Shown here: positions 1-9,681 of the stretch, in pieces
Numbering within the stretch: position 1 is the first letter of the stretch
How the letters are laid out: the number at the start of each line of letters is the position of its first letter
NCBI GenBank assembly: GCA_016185915.1
Contig: JACPMP010000059.1
Location: 1-32,356 of the forward strand
DNA: 32,356 nt
Source of the DNA: Candidatus Woesearchaeota archaeon
GTDB lineage: Archaea; Nanobdellota; Nanobdellia; Woesearchaeales; GW2011-AR4
Reading direction: 5' to 3'
Notes under the pieces: generated by a model
What the model was told of the DNA's origin: nothing
What the model saw: the letters and a program-made list of their open reading frames with translations, nothing else
Databases searched by the model: none
Made by a program: the position numbers and the translations under genes

Positions 1-1
1 G

Positions 2-1513
2 AATTTCATCGCTTATTTTGGCATTGAAGCCAGCGCTTTCCTGCTTGTTTTTTTTGCTGTTGCTGCCATTAGTGTATTGTTGTCCATCATCTTTCCAGGA
101 TTGTTTCAACTTAATGCAATTAATTACTCTCCATTTTTTGCATTTGGGATTTCCTCAATTTTTGTGACAATATTCTTCATTGCAGAAAGTTTTTTTGGAT
201 GGGAAAGCTCAACATATCTTGCAGAAGAAACCCAAGAACCCGAAAAGATAATACCAAGGGCAATTGTGATAGGAACAATAATAGTAGCTATTATTGGTAT
301 TCTAATTACAATAGTTTCTCTAGGTGTGATTCCATGGAAGGTATTGGCAGCATCACCTGTTCCTCTTTCAATTGTATCTGAGCGCTTACTTGGCAGTATA
401 GGGACAAAGGCAATCAACATAGGTATTTTTATTGCATTAATTGGCTCTGCTGCAGGAGGCATCATAACCCTGCCTAGGTTGATTCTTGCATTAGCAAGAG
501 ACAAATTATTCATAGCTCAATTAAGTGAAATTCATGAAAAATTTAAAACACCGCATAAAGCCATAATATTCCAAACAATAGTATCTCTTTTGGTATTTGG
601 AATGGCTTTTGGTAGGTATAAGGCATTATTAAGTTTGGTAGTGCCGCTTGGCTTTATAATGTATTTCTTTATAATCCTCTCAGTGCCTCTATTAAGAGCT
701 AAAGAGCCAAATATAAAAAGAGAGTTCAAAGTGCCTTTTGCAAAAATTGGTTCAGTTATTTTAATGGCATTTATAGTTGCCATTATGATTGCTTGGTCAT
801 TTTCAGAATCCAGCGCCTTAAACACCCTTAAATTAGGGCTATCGCTTATTTTTCTTGGCATGCCGATTTATTTACTGCTTGAAATCTACTATAATCCAGA
901 TACTATCATAAAAATAAATGATGCTCTTGCATATTTAACACTTTTAACAGAGAGGATAATTCTTCCAAAAAGTGTAAGGAAGGAGATACTTGCATTATTG
1001 GGAGATATAAAAGACAAAAGGATTCTTGAGTTCGGCTGCTCTGTCGGAACATTAACAATGCATCTTGCAGAAGCAGTAAGCCCAAATGGCAGAGTGTATG
1101 CCACTGATTTGTCAAGAAGGGATTTGCTTATAACTAAAAGGAGACTTGTTAAAAAAGGACATAGCCATGTTATTGTCATTCATGATGAGCATCAAATCAA
1201 CAGGGTTCATCCTTCAATACCTCATGTTGATGCAATTGTAAGCATTGGCATGATGGGCTATCTTCAGGATGTGAAAAAGGTGTTAAAGGAAATGCGCGAC
1301 TTATTGCCTTATGGAGGCAAAATAGTATTTGCTGATTACGCTGATTTCTTCAAAATTATTCCAAATGTTGCATGGCTCTCAAATGACAAAGTAATAGAAA
1401 AAATGTTCCGCGACGCTGGCTTTTCTATCTTTGTAACAAGAAAAAAGGGCTTATTCTGGAATTATGTTTATGTTTATGGGATTAAGTTTCATGAGAATAT
1501 TCCTTATGTTTGA
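2..1513 (+). CDS. APC-family amino acid/polyamine permease (5'-partial, runs off window start) fused to a C-terminal class I SAM-dependent methyltransferase domain
   Basis: The ORF-track frame stays open back to position 2, so the TTG at 77 is not the real start. The first ~270 aa are multi-pass hydrophobic with permease-like segments. The C-terminal ~190 aa carry methyltransferase motif I (ILEFGCSVGTLT) and a downstream acidic motif. Confidence 0.7.
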   Translation, partial: NFIAYFGIEASAFLLVFFAVAAISVLLSIIFPGLFQLNAINYSPFFAFGISSIFVTIFFIAESFFGWESSTYLAEETQEPEKIIPRAIVIGTIIVAIIGILITIVSLGVIPWKVLAASPVPLSIVSERLLGSIGTKAINIGIFIALIGSAAGGIITLPRLILALARDKLFIAQLSEIHEKFKTPHKAIIFQTIVSLLVFGMAFGRYKALLSLVVPLGFIMYFFIILSVPLLRAKEPNIKREFKVPFAKIGSVILMAFIVAIMIAWSFSESSALNTLKLGLSLIFLGMPIYLLLEIYYNPDTIIKINDALAYLTLLTERIILPKSVRKEILALLGDIKDKRILEFGCSVGTLTMHLAEAVSPNGRVYATDLSRRDLLITKRRLVKKGHSHVIVIHDEHQINRVHPSIPHVDAIVSIGMMGYLQDVKKVLKEMRDLLPYGGKIVFADYADFFKIIPNVAWLSNDKVIEKMFRDAGFSIFVTRKKGLFWNYVYVYGIKFHENIPYV

Positions 1514-1538
1514 TTAAAAATTAAGATATTTTTTATTA

Positions 1539-1877
1539 TCAAACACAAACCCCACCTCTATCTAATCTCAAAGAACCCTTAGCAAATATCACATTTCCAT
1601 CCCCATCTTCAATATAAATACAGAAATCATTTTTAACATTAAGCGATTTTTTAAAATCATTATAGCTCATATCTTTAATTTCTCTCAGTTTGTTTTCATC
1701 AATTATTCCGTTGTTTGCAAAACTAATGCTATGCTCATCAGTTACTAATCCTATTATCTTTTCTGCTTCTGTTATTTTGGGTTCATTAGCTTTATCATAA
1801 ACACTAACAACCATTGCTATAACTGCTACAATCAGCACAAGAGTTATTTCGTCAATCTTCCACTTTGATTTTTTCAT
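1539..1877 (-). CDS. small N-terminally membrane-anchored protein, unknown function
   Basis: The internal ATG (MKKSKWKIDEITLVLIVAVIAMVV...) lies 1 nt after the TAG stop of the upstream gene (1879-1881). The longer track ORF would overlap that gene. One TM helix followed by a ~85-aa soluble domain. Confidence 0.5.
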   Translation of the reverse strand: MKKSKWKIDEITLVLIVAVIAMVVSVYDKANEPKITEAEKIIGLVTDEHSISFANNGIIDENKLREIKDMSYNDFKKSLNVKNDFCIYIEDGDGNVIFAKGSLRLDRGGVCV

Positions 1878-1878
1878 T

Positions 1879-3270
1879 CTAACCGCATACTGCAACAACC
1901 AGCTTAACTGGCTTTCCATTATATGTAATTATTCTATACATCTTAACTAAAGTTCCGCTTGAGCAAGTAACAGTTGCTTGTGTTTCTGTCTTTACTTGAG
2001 GACATCCTGAAGGACATTCCACATAATTTGCTGCATCATAATCTCTAATCCAGCCAACTTGTGAGTTGTCACAAACAGTTTTAGCTCTCTCGTGTATTTC
2101 AGGGCTAATATCACAAAATGAGCAGCCATTTATGCCGTCACAAGAAGCATGAACAATATTGTCATTGGCAAAAGTACAATCTCTCTCACAAGTTGTGCCT
2201 AAAGTTAAAACAAAATCTTGTATAAGCTGTTGCCCTGATGCAAGACTTATGCTTACTGTTTTAGGAACATAGTTTGGGTAGGAAGCAACTAAGTTGTAAG
2301 CACCACAGTTAACCCCTGTAAAGATGTATGTCCCTTGTGGCGGAGGTGGTGGTTGCTGTCGTGTTGTTGTTGAGCTTACAGTTGTTAAATCTCTCTTTAA
2401 TAGAACATCTGCTGGCGCTAATGGCTGATTGTCTTGATTTTTCACAGTTCCTGTGATTGAGCCAGGTGTGCATACTGGACAATTGTTGTTAGTGCATGTA
2501 ATGCTGCAAGTAGCAGGGCAAGGACCATTATTGGCAGCACCATTGTCACATTGCTCATTGCCTTCTCTTATACCATTACCGCAAACTGCACCTCCGCCTC
2601 CCCCTCCACCGCCATCACCTGTTGGGCAAGTTTCACAATCTGGGTCACAAATTGAACCGCAGTTTGCTCCATAATTGCTTGGGCATACACTATCTATTGC
2701 TCCGCCGCAAAGATAATTTCTGCCGCAGATTGTAACTCCTGGTGTTGGTGGTCTTATAGGTTCAATTGCAATTAAACAATTGTAATCAAAGCCTTGCAGA
2801 CATTGTAAACAACAAGCTTGAGGAGGTAAAGGAGATGCTCTTGGAACTATGCATGCTGAAGTAAAGGGTGGGCATGGGGATTGAGGACATTGTTCTTGTA
2901 GCTGTTCACACTCACCAGTTCTTTCATTATACATGTACCCTCTTGGTGGACAAGCCCCGCATCCTTGCTGGCAACTTTCAAGAGGAGTTGCTAAACATCC
3001 TATCGGCATACCTACTCTTACCTCAACTGTCTGAGGAGTACTCCAATCACCACAAAGATTGTTTAGATTGCAGATTTTCATTTGAACTGTATAAGTTCCT
3101 GGAACAGCGCCAGCAGTTGGCAATCTTTGAGGAGAATTACCTACATTGTGGTACGGAATAATTGTTCCATCCGGTTTTATTATTTGAGCTTCACGATGCC
3201 AAGTGCTTTGAGCAAAAGCATACGGCAGAAGCAAGAAAATTACAGCAAACAAAAATATTCTATTTTTCAT
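1879..3270 (-). CDS. secreted Cys-rich surface protein with CGNG..EQCD Cys-rich repeat, poly-Gly and poly-Pro linkers and a carboxypeptidase-regulatory-like (Ig/beta-sandwich) domain
   Basis: Signal peptide MKNRIFLFAVIFLLLPYAFAQ. More than 50 Cys. CGNGIREGNEQCDNG resembles the Myxococcus-type Cys-rich repeat. GSITGTVKNQDNQPLAPADVLL...YIFTGV...YNLVASYPNYVP resembles CarboxypepD_reg. Confidence 0.75.
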   Translation of the reverse strand: MKNRIFLFAVIFLLLPYAFAQSTWHREAQIIKPDGTIIPYHNVGNSPQRLPTAGAVPGTYTVQMKICNLNNLCGDWSTPQTVEVRVGMPIGCLATPLESCQQGCGACPPRGYMYNERTGECEQLQEQCPQSPCPPFTSACIVPRASPLPPQACCLQCLQGFDYNCLIAIEPIRPPTPGVTICGRNYLCGGAIDSVCPSNYGANCGSICDPDCETCPTGDGGGGGGGGAVCGNGIREGNEQCDNGAANNGPCPATCSITCTNNNCPVCTPGSITGTVKNQDNQPLAPADVLLKRDLTTVSSTTTRQQPPPPPQGTYIFTGVNCGAYNLVASYPNYVPKTVSISLASGQQLIQDFVLTLGTTCERDCTFANDNIVHASCDGINGCSFCDISPEIHERAKTVCDNSQVGWIRDYDAANYVECPSGCPQVKTETQATVTCSSGTLVKMYRIITYNGKPVKLVVAVCG

Positions 3271-3307
3271 TATTCCCTCTTTTTTGTCTAAATTTATTTA
3301 AAACTTA

Positions 3308-4633
3308 TTATCCTACACAAAGACGCTGTCCAATCAAGGTTGCCACAGCGCCATTTAAAATATTTTGTTGAGTTCTTGGTTTATAATATCTCATATCAGT
3401 ATAACCATTTGTAGAATTCCACAAATAGTTTTCTACAGCTGCAGCAACTGCCTCCAATAGTGTAACATTGGTACTTGAACCACCATTCATGCGATGATTA
3501 AAGTTTATGCCTGGAAAAACTGTGTTTCGCCTTTGGCCTTCTAATCGAAAAAAGAGATGCCCTAGTTCATGTTGTTTAGTCATTGAATCAGATAGTATCG
3601 GGAAATAAATAATTGCTCCACTAGTGTAATATCTTCTTGTTGGTGTCCTAGAATCTTGAGGACGAACATGACCAGATATACCACCCCGAACTACATAAAC
3701 AGCATTTTGAATAAAAGAACCATCAGTTGGTATGTCATCGCTTTGGATGTATTCAAACAAGCGATGGAAAGTGCCTGAGTTATTTTCCCAATGCCTGCCA
3801 GCTTCTGCTATGTCGCTTATATTAGCAGCATATATCCTTATTGGGCGAGCTTCAGGAGTCAAAAATCCTCCCAAAACTGTGCTTCCTTTTGGATTGTTGT
3901 CTGGGTTTCTATTTGGGTCATCACCATTTGTGCCTGTCATATACTTAAACCATTTCAATAAATCAAGTGGCTGGCCAGTTTGAGGGTCTATATTTAGTGA
4001 ATCACTACGTTGTCTAATTAGCTGGACGTTTTTAACATTCATCCCTTCTCCTAAATTAACAGGTTGTTGAAAAGGATAAAATCCAGGGTCAAAGTTGCCA
4101 GGCGGCTCTGTCCTGCCTGTAATAAATTCAGGCGCGCCAAATAAATAATTTCCAGACGCAATTTGATTTATTGGAGCAATACTTTGGTCACAGAGATTGA
4201 CATGAAAGCTATAACCCTGATTACTCTGAGGGTCTATTACAAAATATCCTGATGGATCAGTAACTCCTATGTGAATATCAAACTCACTTGGATTTTGAGC
4301 GCTGCTTCCTTGGCGGAATACTACAACTATATGTTCCAGTCCGGTATTCCCATCAGAAGCGCTAAGCGCCCTGCCTTGGAGTGTATTTCTAGTTTGTCGC
4401 GAGTAAAGTAATTTCTCAATGCCATCGTTTGTTTGTGCTTTCTCTATGCCTCCGTCTATAAGAGAATATTGCCTAACAGTTTGTGATTCTGGAAGATACA
4501 ATGGCGGCCCTTCAGATCCATGTGCTTTTGCACGTTTAGAACCCCCTATAATTGGTATGGAACCGACAGTAATAGCCGCGCCTGCTCTTCTTAATAATTC
4601 TCTTCTAGTTAAAAGTCTTTCATCTATGCCCAT
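3308..4633 (-). CDS. Tat-signal secreted protein with HExxH zinc-metalloprotease-like motif
   Basis: N-terminus LLTRRELLRRAGAAITVGS is a twin-arginine signal. HELGHLFF lies near the C-terminus. Long uninterrupted ORF. Confidence 0.65.
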   Translation of the reverse strand: MGIDERLLTRRELLRRAGAAITVGSIPIIGGSKRAKAHGSEGPPLYLPESQTVRQYSLIDGGIEKAQTNDGIEKLLYSRQTRNTLQGRALSASDGNTGLEHIVVVFRQGSSAQNPSEFDIHIGVTDPSGYFVIDPQSNQGYSFHVNLCDQSIAPINQIASGNYLFGAPEFITGRTEPPGNFDPGFYPFQQPVNLGEGMNVKNVQLIRQRSDSLNIDPQTGQPLDLLKWFKYMTGTNGDDPNRNPDNNPKGSTVLGGFLTPEARPIRIYAANISDIAEAGRHWENNSGTFHRLFEYIQSDDIPTDGSFIQNAVYVVRGGISGHVRPQDSRTPTRRYYTSGAIIYFPILSDSMTKQHELGHLFFRLEGQRRNTVFPGINFNHRMNGGSSTNVTLLEAVAAAVENYLWNSTNGYTDMRYYKPRTQQNILNGAVATLIGQRLCVG

Positions 4634-4733
4634 TTTATTAGCGATATATTTTCTGTGTTTTTAAACCTTTCGTTTGTTGCTACTTAAATGTGGTATATTG
4701 ATGATATTTTATTAGTTTTATTCCTTAATCAAG

Positions 4734-5030
4734 TTAAAATACCTCTTTTAAGGATGCATAACCCTCTAAATATTCCTCATAGCTTATAGGTGATTTTATA
4801 CCCAAATCAGCCAAAAGTTCTATTGTTTCTGTTATCGTTAAATTTAATTCTTTTGATGCCCTTCCTATGCTCATTTTTCCTTCTTTATAGTTCTTTAGAA
4901 TAAAATAAATCCAGCCATAATCTATTAGTTTTCTAGCTGCATATGACTTATCCTCATTTTCTTTCTTAGATAGTTCTTTTATAAAGTCTAGCTCTCTTTC
5001 TTTTAATCTTAAAGTTATAATCTTTGCCAT
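4734..5030 (-). CDS. antitoxin-like protein (RHH-like N-terminus plus UPF0175-like C-terminal HTH)
   Basis: The ATG at 5030 is preceded by GAAGGTGA and lies 1 nt after the PIN gene stop. MSIGRASKELNLTITETIELLADLGI resembles UPF0175. The track start at 5045 is a TTG. Confidence 0.6.
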   Translation of the reverse strand: MAKIITLRLKERELDFIKELSKKENEDKSYAARKLIDYGWIYFILKNYKEGKMSIGRASKELNLTITETIELLADLGIKSPISYEEYLEGYASLKEVF

Positions 5031-5031
5031 T

Positions 5032-5529
5032 TTATTCACCTTCAATTTTGTTTTTTGCGTCCTTTATTATATCGTAACTATACCTGCCATATTTCTCTAG
5101 TGCTTTTAGTTTCTCAAATGCAATTTCTTTGTCCAATAATCTATTTTCATAAAGGCGTATCAAAAAGTGTATTGAAGTTGCAAATTTTATATCCAAAATT
5201 TTGCATGCTTTTATACATGGTCCGTCATCAGTAGCGAATAATGCATTTTTTTCCTTAGCTAGCACTAAACCGTCTGCTTCCCCTATTTCTATACCAAAGT
5301 CTTGAATTAACTTAGTAACTTCTGGGTTATTTACTTTTAATACTTGAATTTTATTCTCAGTAATTAATCTATTTATTAATTTTGAATCAAAACTATCTTT
5401 TTTCTTTGTTGTTTCTTCTTTGACATTTTCTGAAAAGATAATTCTGAATTTTTCAGTCAATGCACCCAATAAATGTATCTTGGCTAATAATATCGCTGTT
5501 GAACTATCAAAAACTATTTCTTTCCTCAT
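5032..5529 (-). CDS. PIN-like nuclease domain protein (DUF3368-like), putative toxin
   Basis: VFDSSTAILLAKIHLL...GEADGLVLAKE...FATDDGPCIKACK matches the acidic-residue pattern of the PIN/DUF3368 proteins that usually partner UPF0175. Tightly coupled to 4734-5030. Confidence 0.55.
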   Translation of the reverse strand: MRKEIVFDSSTAILLAKIHLLGALTEKFRIIFSENVKEETTKKKDSFDSKLINRLITENKIQVLKVNNPEVTKLIQDFGIEIGEADGLVLAKEKNALFATDDGPCIKACKILDIKFATSIHFLIRLYENRLLDKEIAFEKLKALEKYGRYSYDIIKDAKNKIEGE

Positions 5530-5629
5530 GTATTACTTTATAATACAATCGTATTATTTAAACTTTTCTGTTCTCCACTACTTCACAAGCATTATGTATC
5601 TTAAAAATGTTTTTTTAATTTTCTATATT

Positions 5630-6691
5630 TCAGGATTCTGCCCAATAAACAGTCAAATCAGTTCCTGCATCGACAGGGTCTGGAGTAATACGCATATTGC
5701 TTATTTGGGGTAGCGCATTCACTTGCACAGTAGCTGTTGCTCTTGGTGAAGAGCATGCTCCAGTATTTTGGCAAGCTTCTCCTCGGATGTTATAAGTGCC
5801 AGTAGGTGATGTAGCTGGAATTGTGAAAGATACTCCTTGTGAACAAGTGCCTGTTGGACCTAAAATCCAGCTGGTTGATCCTGGAGATTGGTATTCAAAA
5901 CCGCAAACATCAGCATTAGCATAGCCAATAAAATTAATTGCTACTAGTTGTCCGATTATCGCTGGATTTGGACTGGCAGAAATTCTTTGCAAGGTGGGAG
6001 CTGATCCCAGACGAGGAGATGACCTGCTGTTGCATTGTCCATTCAAACAACCATATTGACAGTTTTGCGCAACAATTGTACCTCCACTGCAATACAAATG
6101 AGTATTACCTTCACATCCACTAAAATCATTAGCATAGCACTCTCCTCTATAAACACACTCTGTGCTTGAGGAACAACAAGCTGTTGTTCCATCATAATTG
6201 CTTTTACTTAATTTTTCTCCTACACATTTACCAGTGCAAGGACTGATGGCACCGGTATCCCTACAGCCGCATGATTCAGCGCTATATTTTGTTGGCGGCG
6301 GTGAGCCGATAGAGCAACTTCCCGTGCATTTATCAATTATACCACAAGAATTACATGTATTGCAATTGCAAGGATTTGCAGCATAAACACATGTAGGAAC
6401 ACAAGAGCCTCCACTACAAACGCCTGGACCACTGCCTGTAGAGCATGCTGCGCCATTATTATAAACAGTGTAACACGAACCACAATCATAGCATGAGAAG
6501 CATGTGACAGTTGTCCACCAGCAATGCCCTTCTTTATCACAATCCAATCCGCCGCAATTATAGAAATTACAGCAAGTCGCTGAATCACATTGTGTCCAAC
6601 TGCACTGGGCAAAGGATGTCTCACTTTTATATACAAAACTATATAACAAGAACACTAAAATCAATATGATGAATTTAGAGCGCAATTTCAT
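5630..6691 (-). CDS. secreted Cys-rich surface protein with C-terminal Ig-like domain (paralog of the 14745-15635 N-terminal module), apparently ending inside a second Ig-like domain
   Basis: Signal peptide MKLRSKFIILILVFLLYSFV. Cys-rich N-terminal half. Domain APTLQRISASPNPAIIGQ...NADVCGFEY aligns with the domains at 14745-15635 and 14539-14763. Confidence 0.75.
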   Translation of the reverse strand: MKLRSKFIILILVFLLYSFVYKSETSFAQCSWTQCDSATCCNFYNCGGLDCDKEGHCWWTTVTCFSCYDCGSCYTVYNNGAACSTGSGPGVCSGGSCVPTCVYAANPCNCNTCNSCGIIDKCTGSCSIGSPPPTKYSAESCGCRDTGAISPCTGKCVGEKLSKSNYDGTTACCSSSTECVYRGECYANDFSGCEGNTHLYCSGGTIVAQNCQYGCLNGQCNSRSSPRLGSAPTLQRISASPNPAIIGQLVAINFIGYANADVCGFEYQSPGSTSWILGPTGTCSQGVSFTIPATSPTGTYNIRGEACQNTGACSSPRATATVQVNALPQISNMRITPDPVDAGTDLTVYWAES

Positions 6692-7617
6692 GAAAATTCA
6701 CCCTTTAGGAAAATTAAATTATTTTCTTTCTCAGAACCTTCGCTTGAATATATTGTATTTCCAATTTCATCTACAAGGAAAAGCTTGTGTGTAATTTTTG
6801 TTTCACCTGGCTGAATTCGAAACATTTTTTGTCCATTTGGACCTGTTGCTTCATTCAATGGTGGAGCTCCTGTTAGCTTCATAACTGGTGCGCCCGAACC
6901 CTGATTAGCAGAAGATGTTCTGATTATTCCTGACCTAAAATCAAGAAGACTATCTGCATTCTTTGTATAGGTTGAATTTAATTTTATCAAAACTTCATAT
7001 ACATTATTCAACTGACAGTTTGAGCAAGTATCAACAGTGCAATCATATGAAATTTGCCTATTCACCTTGTTAATATCTGGATTTGCGTCTTTACCGTTTG
7101 TTGTATCATATACTATCTTGCCATTTTTTGAAAACTTATTTTTTATTTCATTCAACGGTGTTGGAATAATCTTCTTATCTTCCACAACAATAATTGCATC
7201 ATCAGCCTTTATCTTTTGATTGCATACCTCTACAAAGCCCAAATCAACCTCTGCTCTCAGCACTTCCTTTCCATCATAAACAACAGAGCCATAATTTTTT
7301 ATTTTATAATTTGCATATTTTTCATTAAGTGCCTTGTTTATTATGCTCAACTGCTTTTCTGAAGTAAGCTGTTCCCCTGCCGCTCCTCTTTTTTTGCTTA
7401 CATTCTGTATTATCAAGAAAAATAAAATTAAAAGAATAACAATGGAAACTATAACTAATGGTTTGTATTGGTAATTTCTTATGCCAGATTCTTTTGCAGC
7501 CTCTTCTATCCTCTTGGCAGAATGGCCTTTTTCCAGTAATTTTTTTTTGAGAATATCAAATGGCACACCCTTTTTTCTACCTAGCTTAAGATATTCAACT
7601 ATTCTTCTGTCTGCCAT
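6688..7617 (-). CDS. single-pass membrane protein: N-terminal cytoplasmic helical module, TM helix, ~235-aa extracellular domain
   Basis: Overlaps the downstream gene start by 4 nt. N-terminal RRIVEYLKLGRKKGVPFDILKKKLLEKGHSAKRIEEA is followed by the TM helix LVIVSIVILLILFFLII. Confidence 0.65.
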   Translation of the reverse strand: MADRRIVEYLKLGRKKGVPFDILKKKLLEKGHSAKRIEEAAKESGIRNYQYKPLVIVSIVILLILFFLIIQNVSKKRGAAGEQLTSEKQLSIINKALNEKYANYKIKNYGSVVYDGKEVLRAEVDLGFVEVCNQKIKADDAIIVVEDKKIIPTPLNEIKNKFSKNGKIVYDTTNGKDANPDINKVNRQISYDCTVDTCSNCQLNNVYEVLIKLNSTYTKNADSLLDFRSGIIRTSSANQGSGAPVMKLTGAPPLNEATGPNGQKMFRIQPGETKITHKLFLVDEIGNTIYSSEGSEKENNLIFLKGEFS

Positions 7618-7802
7618 TTATACCTCTTTTTTGAAATTAGGACGTAGGAATACATAAAAACTCTCCGAAGCTGAATTAATCTTCTTGCTCCAAACGAACA
7701 TTAGCATAGCCCTTCCTATGGGCACTTACCTGCCACGCAAATGAAACATCTCTGCCATCAATTGATTTGACAACACAAGTAAATTGCCTCATTTTGTTGT
7801 AT

Positions 7803-8924
7803 TTATTGAATACTTACTAAAACAAGCACTTGCCCATTTTCTCCAACAGGTGTTAAGACTTTTCCTACAATTTTACCTTCACAATTACCTAAACATGACT
7901 TGGCTTTGCCATTATAAGAGCTTATTAACAAATCTCCTGGCTTAACATTTCCTTCTACATTTACCGGCACTCTTCCTGAAATTGCAAGTTTTATTGAGTT
8001 ATCTCCTTCATATTCATTGCCTATAATCATGTGAGGTTTTGTGCTAACAATACCTATAGCAAGATTACTATTGCTATCGCATTTTTTAACAACACCGCCA
8101 TTTTGTATAGTGCTTTTTTCTGCATCTATGCATACAACATCGCCTGCTTCTGGTTTAATTCCAGAAAATTTGACCCATTCTGCAATATCAATTGCACCTC
8201 CTGTTCTTGTTGTAGCAAATGAGTTGCCAACTACGTTTAGGTCACCACTTACCCATAAATTTTTTCGTGCCCAAGTTTGTCCGCTTCCTTCACCAACATT
8301 GACATCACCCATCAATACAATTGTTCTGCTTTGAGCCCCTGGCAAAGCACTATTCTCAGTCCAGCCAATTACATTTCCTGCATTAGCTTGATCAATTCCC
8401 GGCAACCCATTTGTCTCTCCTTCGACATTTGAATCCATTATCCATTTATGATTCGCAGCATCCCATCCTGCTAAAGTAAGTCTATTGCCTGATACGTAAA
8501 AGTTCGCTTGAGGACTAGCGCCTATTCCATAAATCCCAACAGTGCTGTAAGATGGAACAGCAAATCCTATTTGTCCTGAAGTTGAATCCCAGCCAACACC
8601 ATAAAATGTTACACCGCCTCCAACTGCAGCAGCATCTCGTAAAGCCCTCTGCCTTTCCCCTAAGCCCATGAATACATATGGAGGTTGAGATGTAGAAGGG
8701 GATTGGATATACATGTTTCCGTTAGCCACAATTGCGCTGTTCGATGCAATTGGACCATTAACGCTTAATAATGGACCAGTCGTACTACCGCATGTATTGC
8801 TCAAAGTTACTTTTCCTGGAAATGTGTAATCACAAGAACCAAAACTGCATGCAGTCTGAGCATATGCCCCTACCATCAAAATCAAAGAAAAAACAACTCC
8901 GCATAAAAATATTTTATTTTTCAT
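7803..8924 (-). CDS. secreted protein, unknown function (Gly-rich beta-rich body plus a C-terminal small barrel-like domain)
   Basis: Signal peptide [23 protein letters not shown]. The C-terminus DIAEWVKF...GDVVCID...[14 protein letters not shown]...[19 protein letters not shown]...GKIVGKVL is a pattern I recall from bacterial and phage fibre-like surface proteins. I cannot name the family. Confidence 0.65.
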   Translation of the reverse strand: MKNKIFLCGVVFSLILMVGAYAQTACSFGSCDYTFPGKVTLSNTCGSTTGPLLSVNGPIASNSAIVANGNMYIQSPSTSQPPYVFMGLGERQRALRDAAAVGGGVTFYGVGWDSTSGQIGFAVPSYSTVGIYGIGASPQANFYVSGNRLTLAGWDAANHKWIMDSNVEGETNGLPGIDQANAGNVIGWTENSALPGAQSRTIVLMGDVNVGEGSGQTWARKNLWVSGDLNVVGNSFATTRTGGAIDIAEWVKFSGIKPEAGDVVCIDAEKSTIQNGGVVKKCDSNSNLAIGIVSTKPHMIIGNEYEGDNSIKLAISGRVPVNVEGNVKPGDLLISSYNGKAKSCLGNCEGKIVGKVLTPVGENGQVLVLVSIQ

Positions 8925-9023
8925 TTTATACCTCTTTTTGTTTAAGATACAGTCTTATTTTTATTACTTTAATTAACTCATATTTAATCTTTATTGTTTT
9001 TTCTGATGTTTATCTGTTTTTGT

Positions 9024-9428
9024 TCAGTTCATAAACACAAACCCATTCCTCTTAGAAATTCTGTTAGAGCCTTTTGTGATATTTCCTGTAACATTTGACA
9101 AAAATTTTATGTATTCGTAGCCCGAGTAATTTACCGCAAGTTCCCTGTTATCAGTTATGTTTATGCTGTAACTAATGCCATTAACAGTCTGAGGCATGGT
9201 AAAATTTCTTGTGTAGCCGTCATTAACCGATTTTGCAATTTCTATTTCACGGTAAGCAAATTCTGCTATGTCTTGAGCAATTTTTTTACTGCCTTCTTCT
9301 CTGGCTTCCAGCATTTTAGAACTAGTTACTGCAAAAAAACCAACTACAACTAAAAGCATAAATGATGCTAAAAAAATAAACTCAACAGCAGACTGTGATT
9401 TTAATTTATATTTCTTAGTTTTAAACAT
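9024..9428 (-). CDS. archaeal type IV pilin-like protein (class III signal peptide)
   Basis: The internal ATG gives MFKTKKYKLKSQSAVEFIFLASFMLLVVVGFFAV, a basic leader plus Q-x-x-x-E-F hydrophobic segment. Confidence 0.6.
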   Translation of the reverse strand: MFKTKKYKLKSQSAVEFIFLASFMLLVVVGFFAVTSSKMLEAREEGSKKIAQDIAEFAYREIEIAKSVNDGYTRNFTMPQTVNGISYSINITDNRELAVNYSGYEYIKFLSNVTGNITKGSNRISKRNGFVFMN

Positions 9429-9681
9429 TTTTATATTTTCTGCAAAACTCAATTGGCGGAATACTGTATCCTTGCTCTTATTTTGTCAAATGGAATTTTT
9501 CATTGTTTAATCTTGTTTTATGTATTTGATAATCTGAAATTGATGTATTCTGTAATTTGTCTTCATCATTCACAGCGCATTATACAATCCTGCCATTAGA
9601 TTTTGAAAAATAAAAATATTTGAATTATCTTTTGTTTTATTTTTATTTAATGTTCAATCGTTAATGGATTTTTATTATTCT

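Noticed and set aside
124-1179. Minus-strand and alternative-frame ORFs inside the permease/methyltransferase gene (124-513, 199-381, 532-861, 889-1179, 906-1115)
   Set aside because: They lie fully inside a long ORF that has clear transporter and methyltransferase motifs. Their translations are low-complexity with no motifs, typical of antisense shadows in AT-rich DNA.
2585-2615. Low-complexity C/G-rich tract considered as a possible repeat or regulatory element
   Set aside because: It is in frame and simply encodes the poly-Gly linker of the secreted protein. There is no spacer-repeat organisation, so it is not a CRISPR or satellite.
2453-3371. Plus-strand ORFs 2453-2674, 2868-3161, 3082-3291 and 3162-3371 opposite the Cys-rich secreted protein
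   Set aside because: They are antisense to a 463-aa ORF with a signal peptide and recognisable domains. The PPPPPPPP run in 2453-2674 is just the complement of the poly-Gly codons.
7676-7792. 38-codon minus-strand ORF ([38 protein letters not shown]) in a slightly GC-richer intergenic patch
   Set aside because: It has no ribosome-binding site, no recognisable motif and is very short. It could be a small protein or a gene fragment, but the sequence alone does not support calling it.
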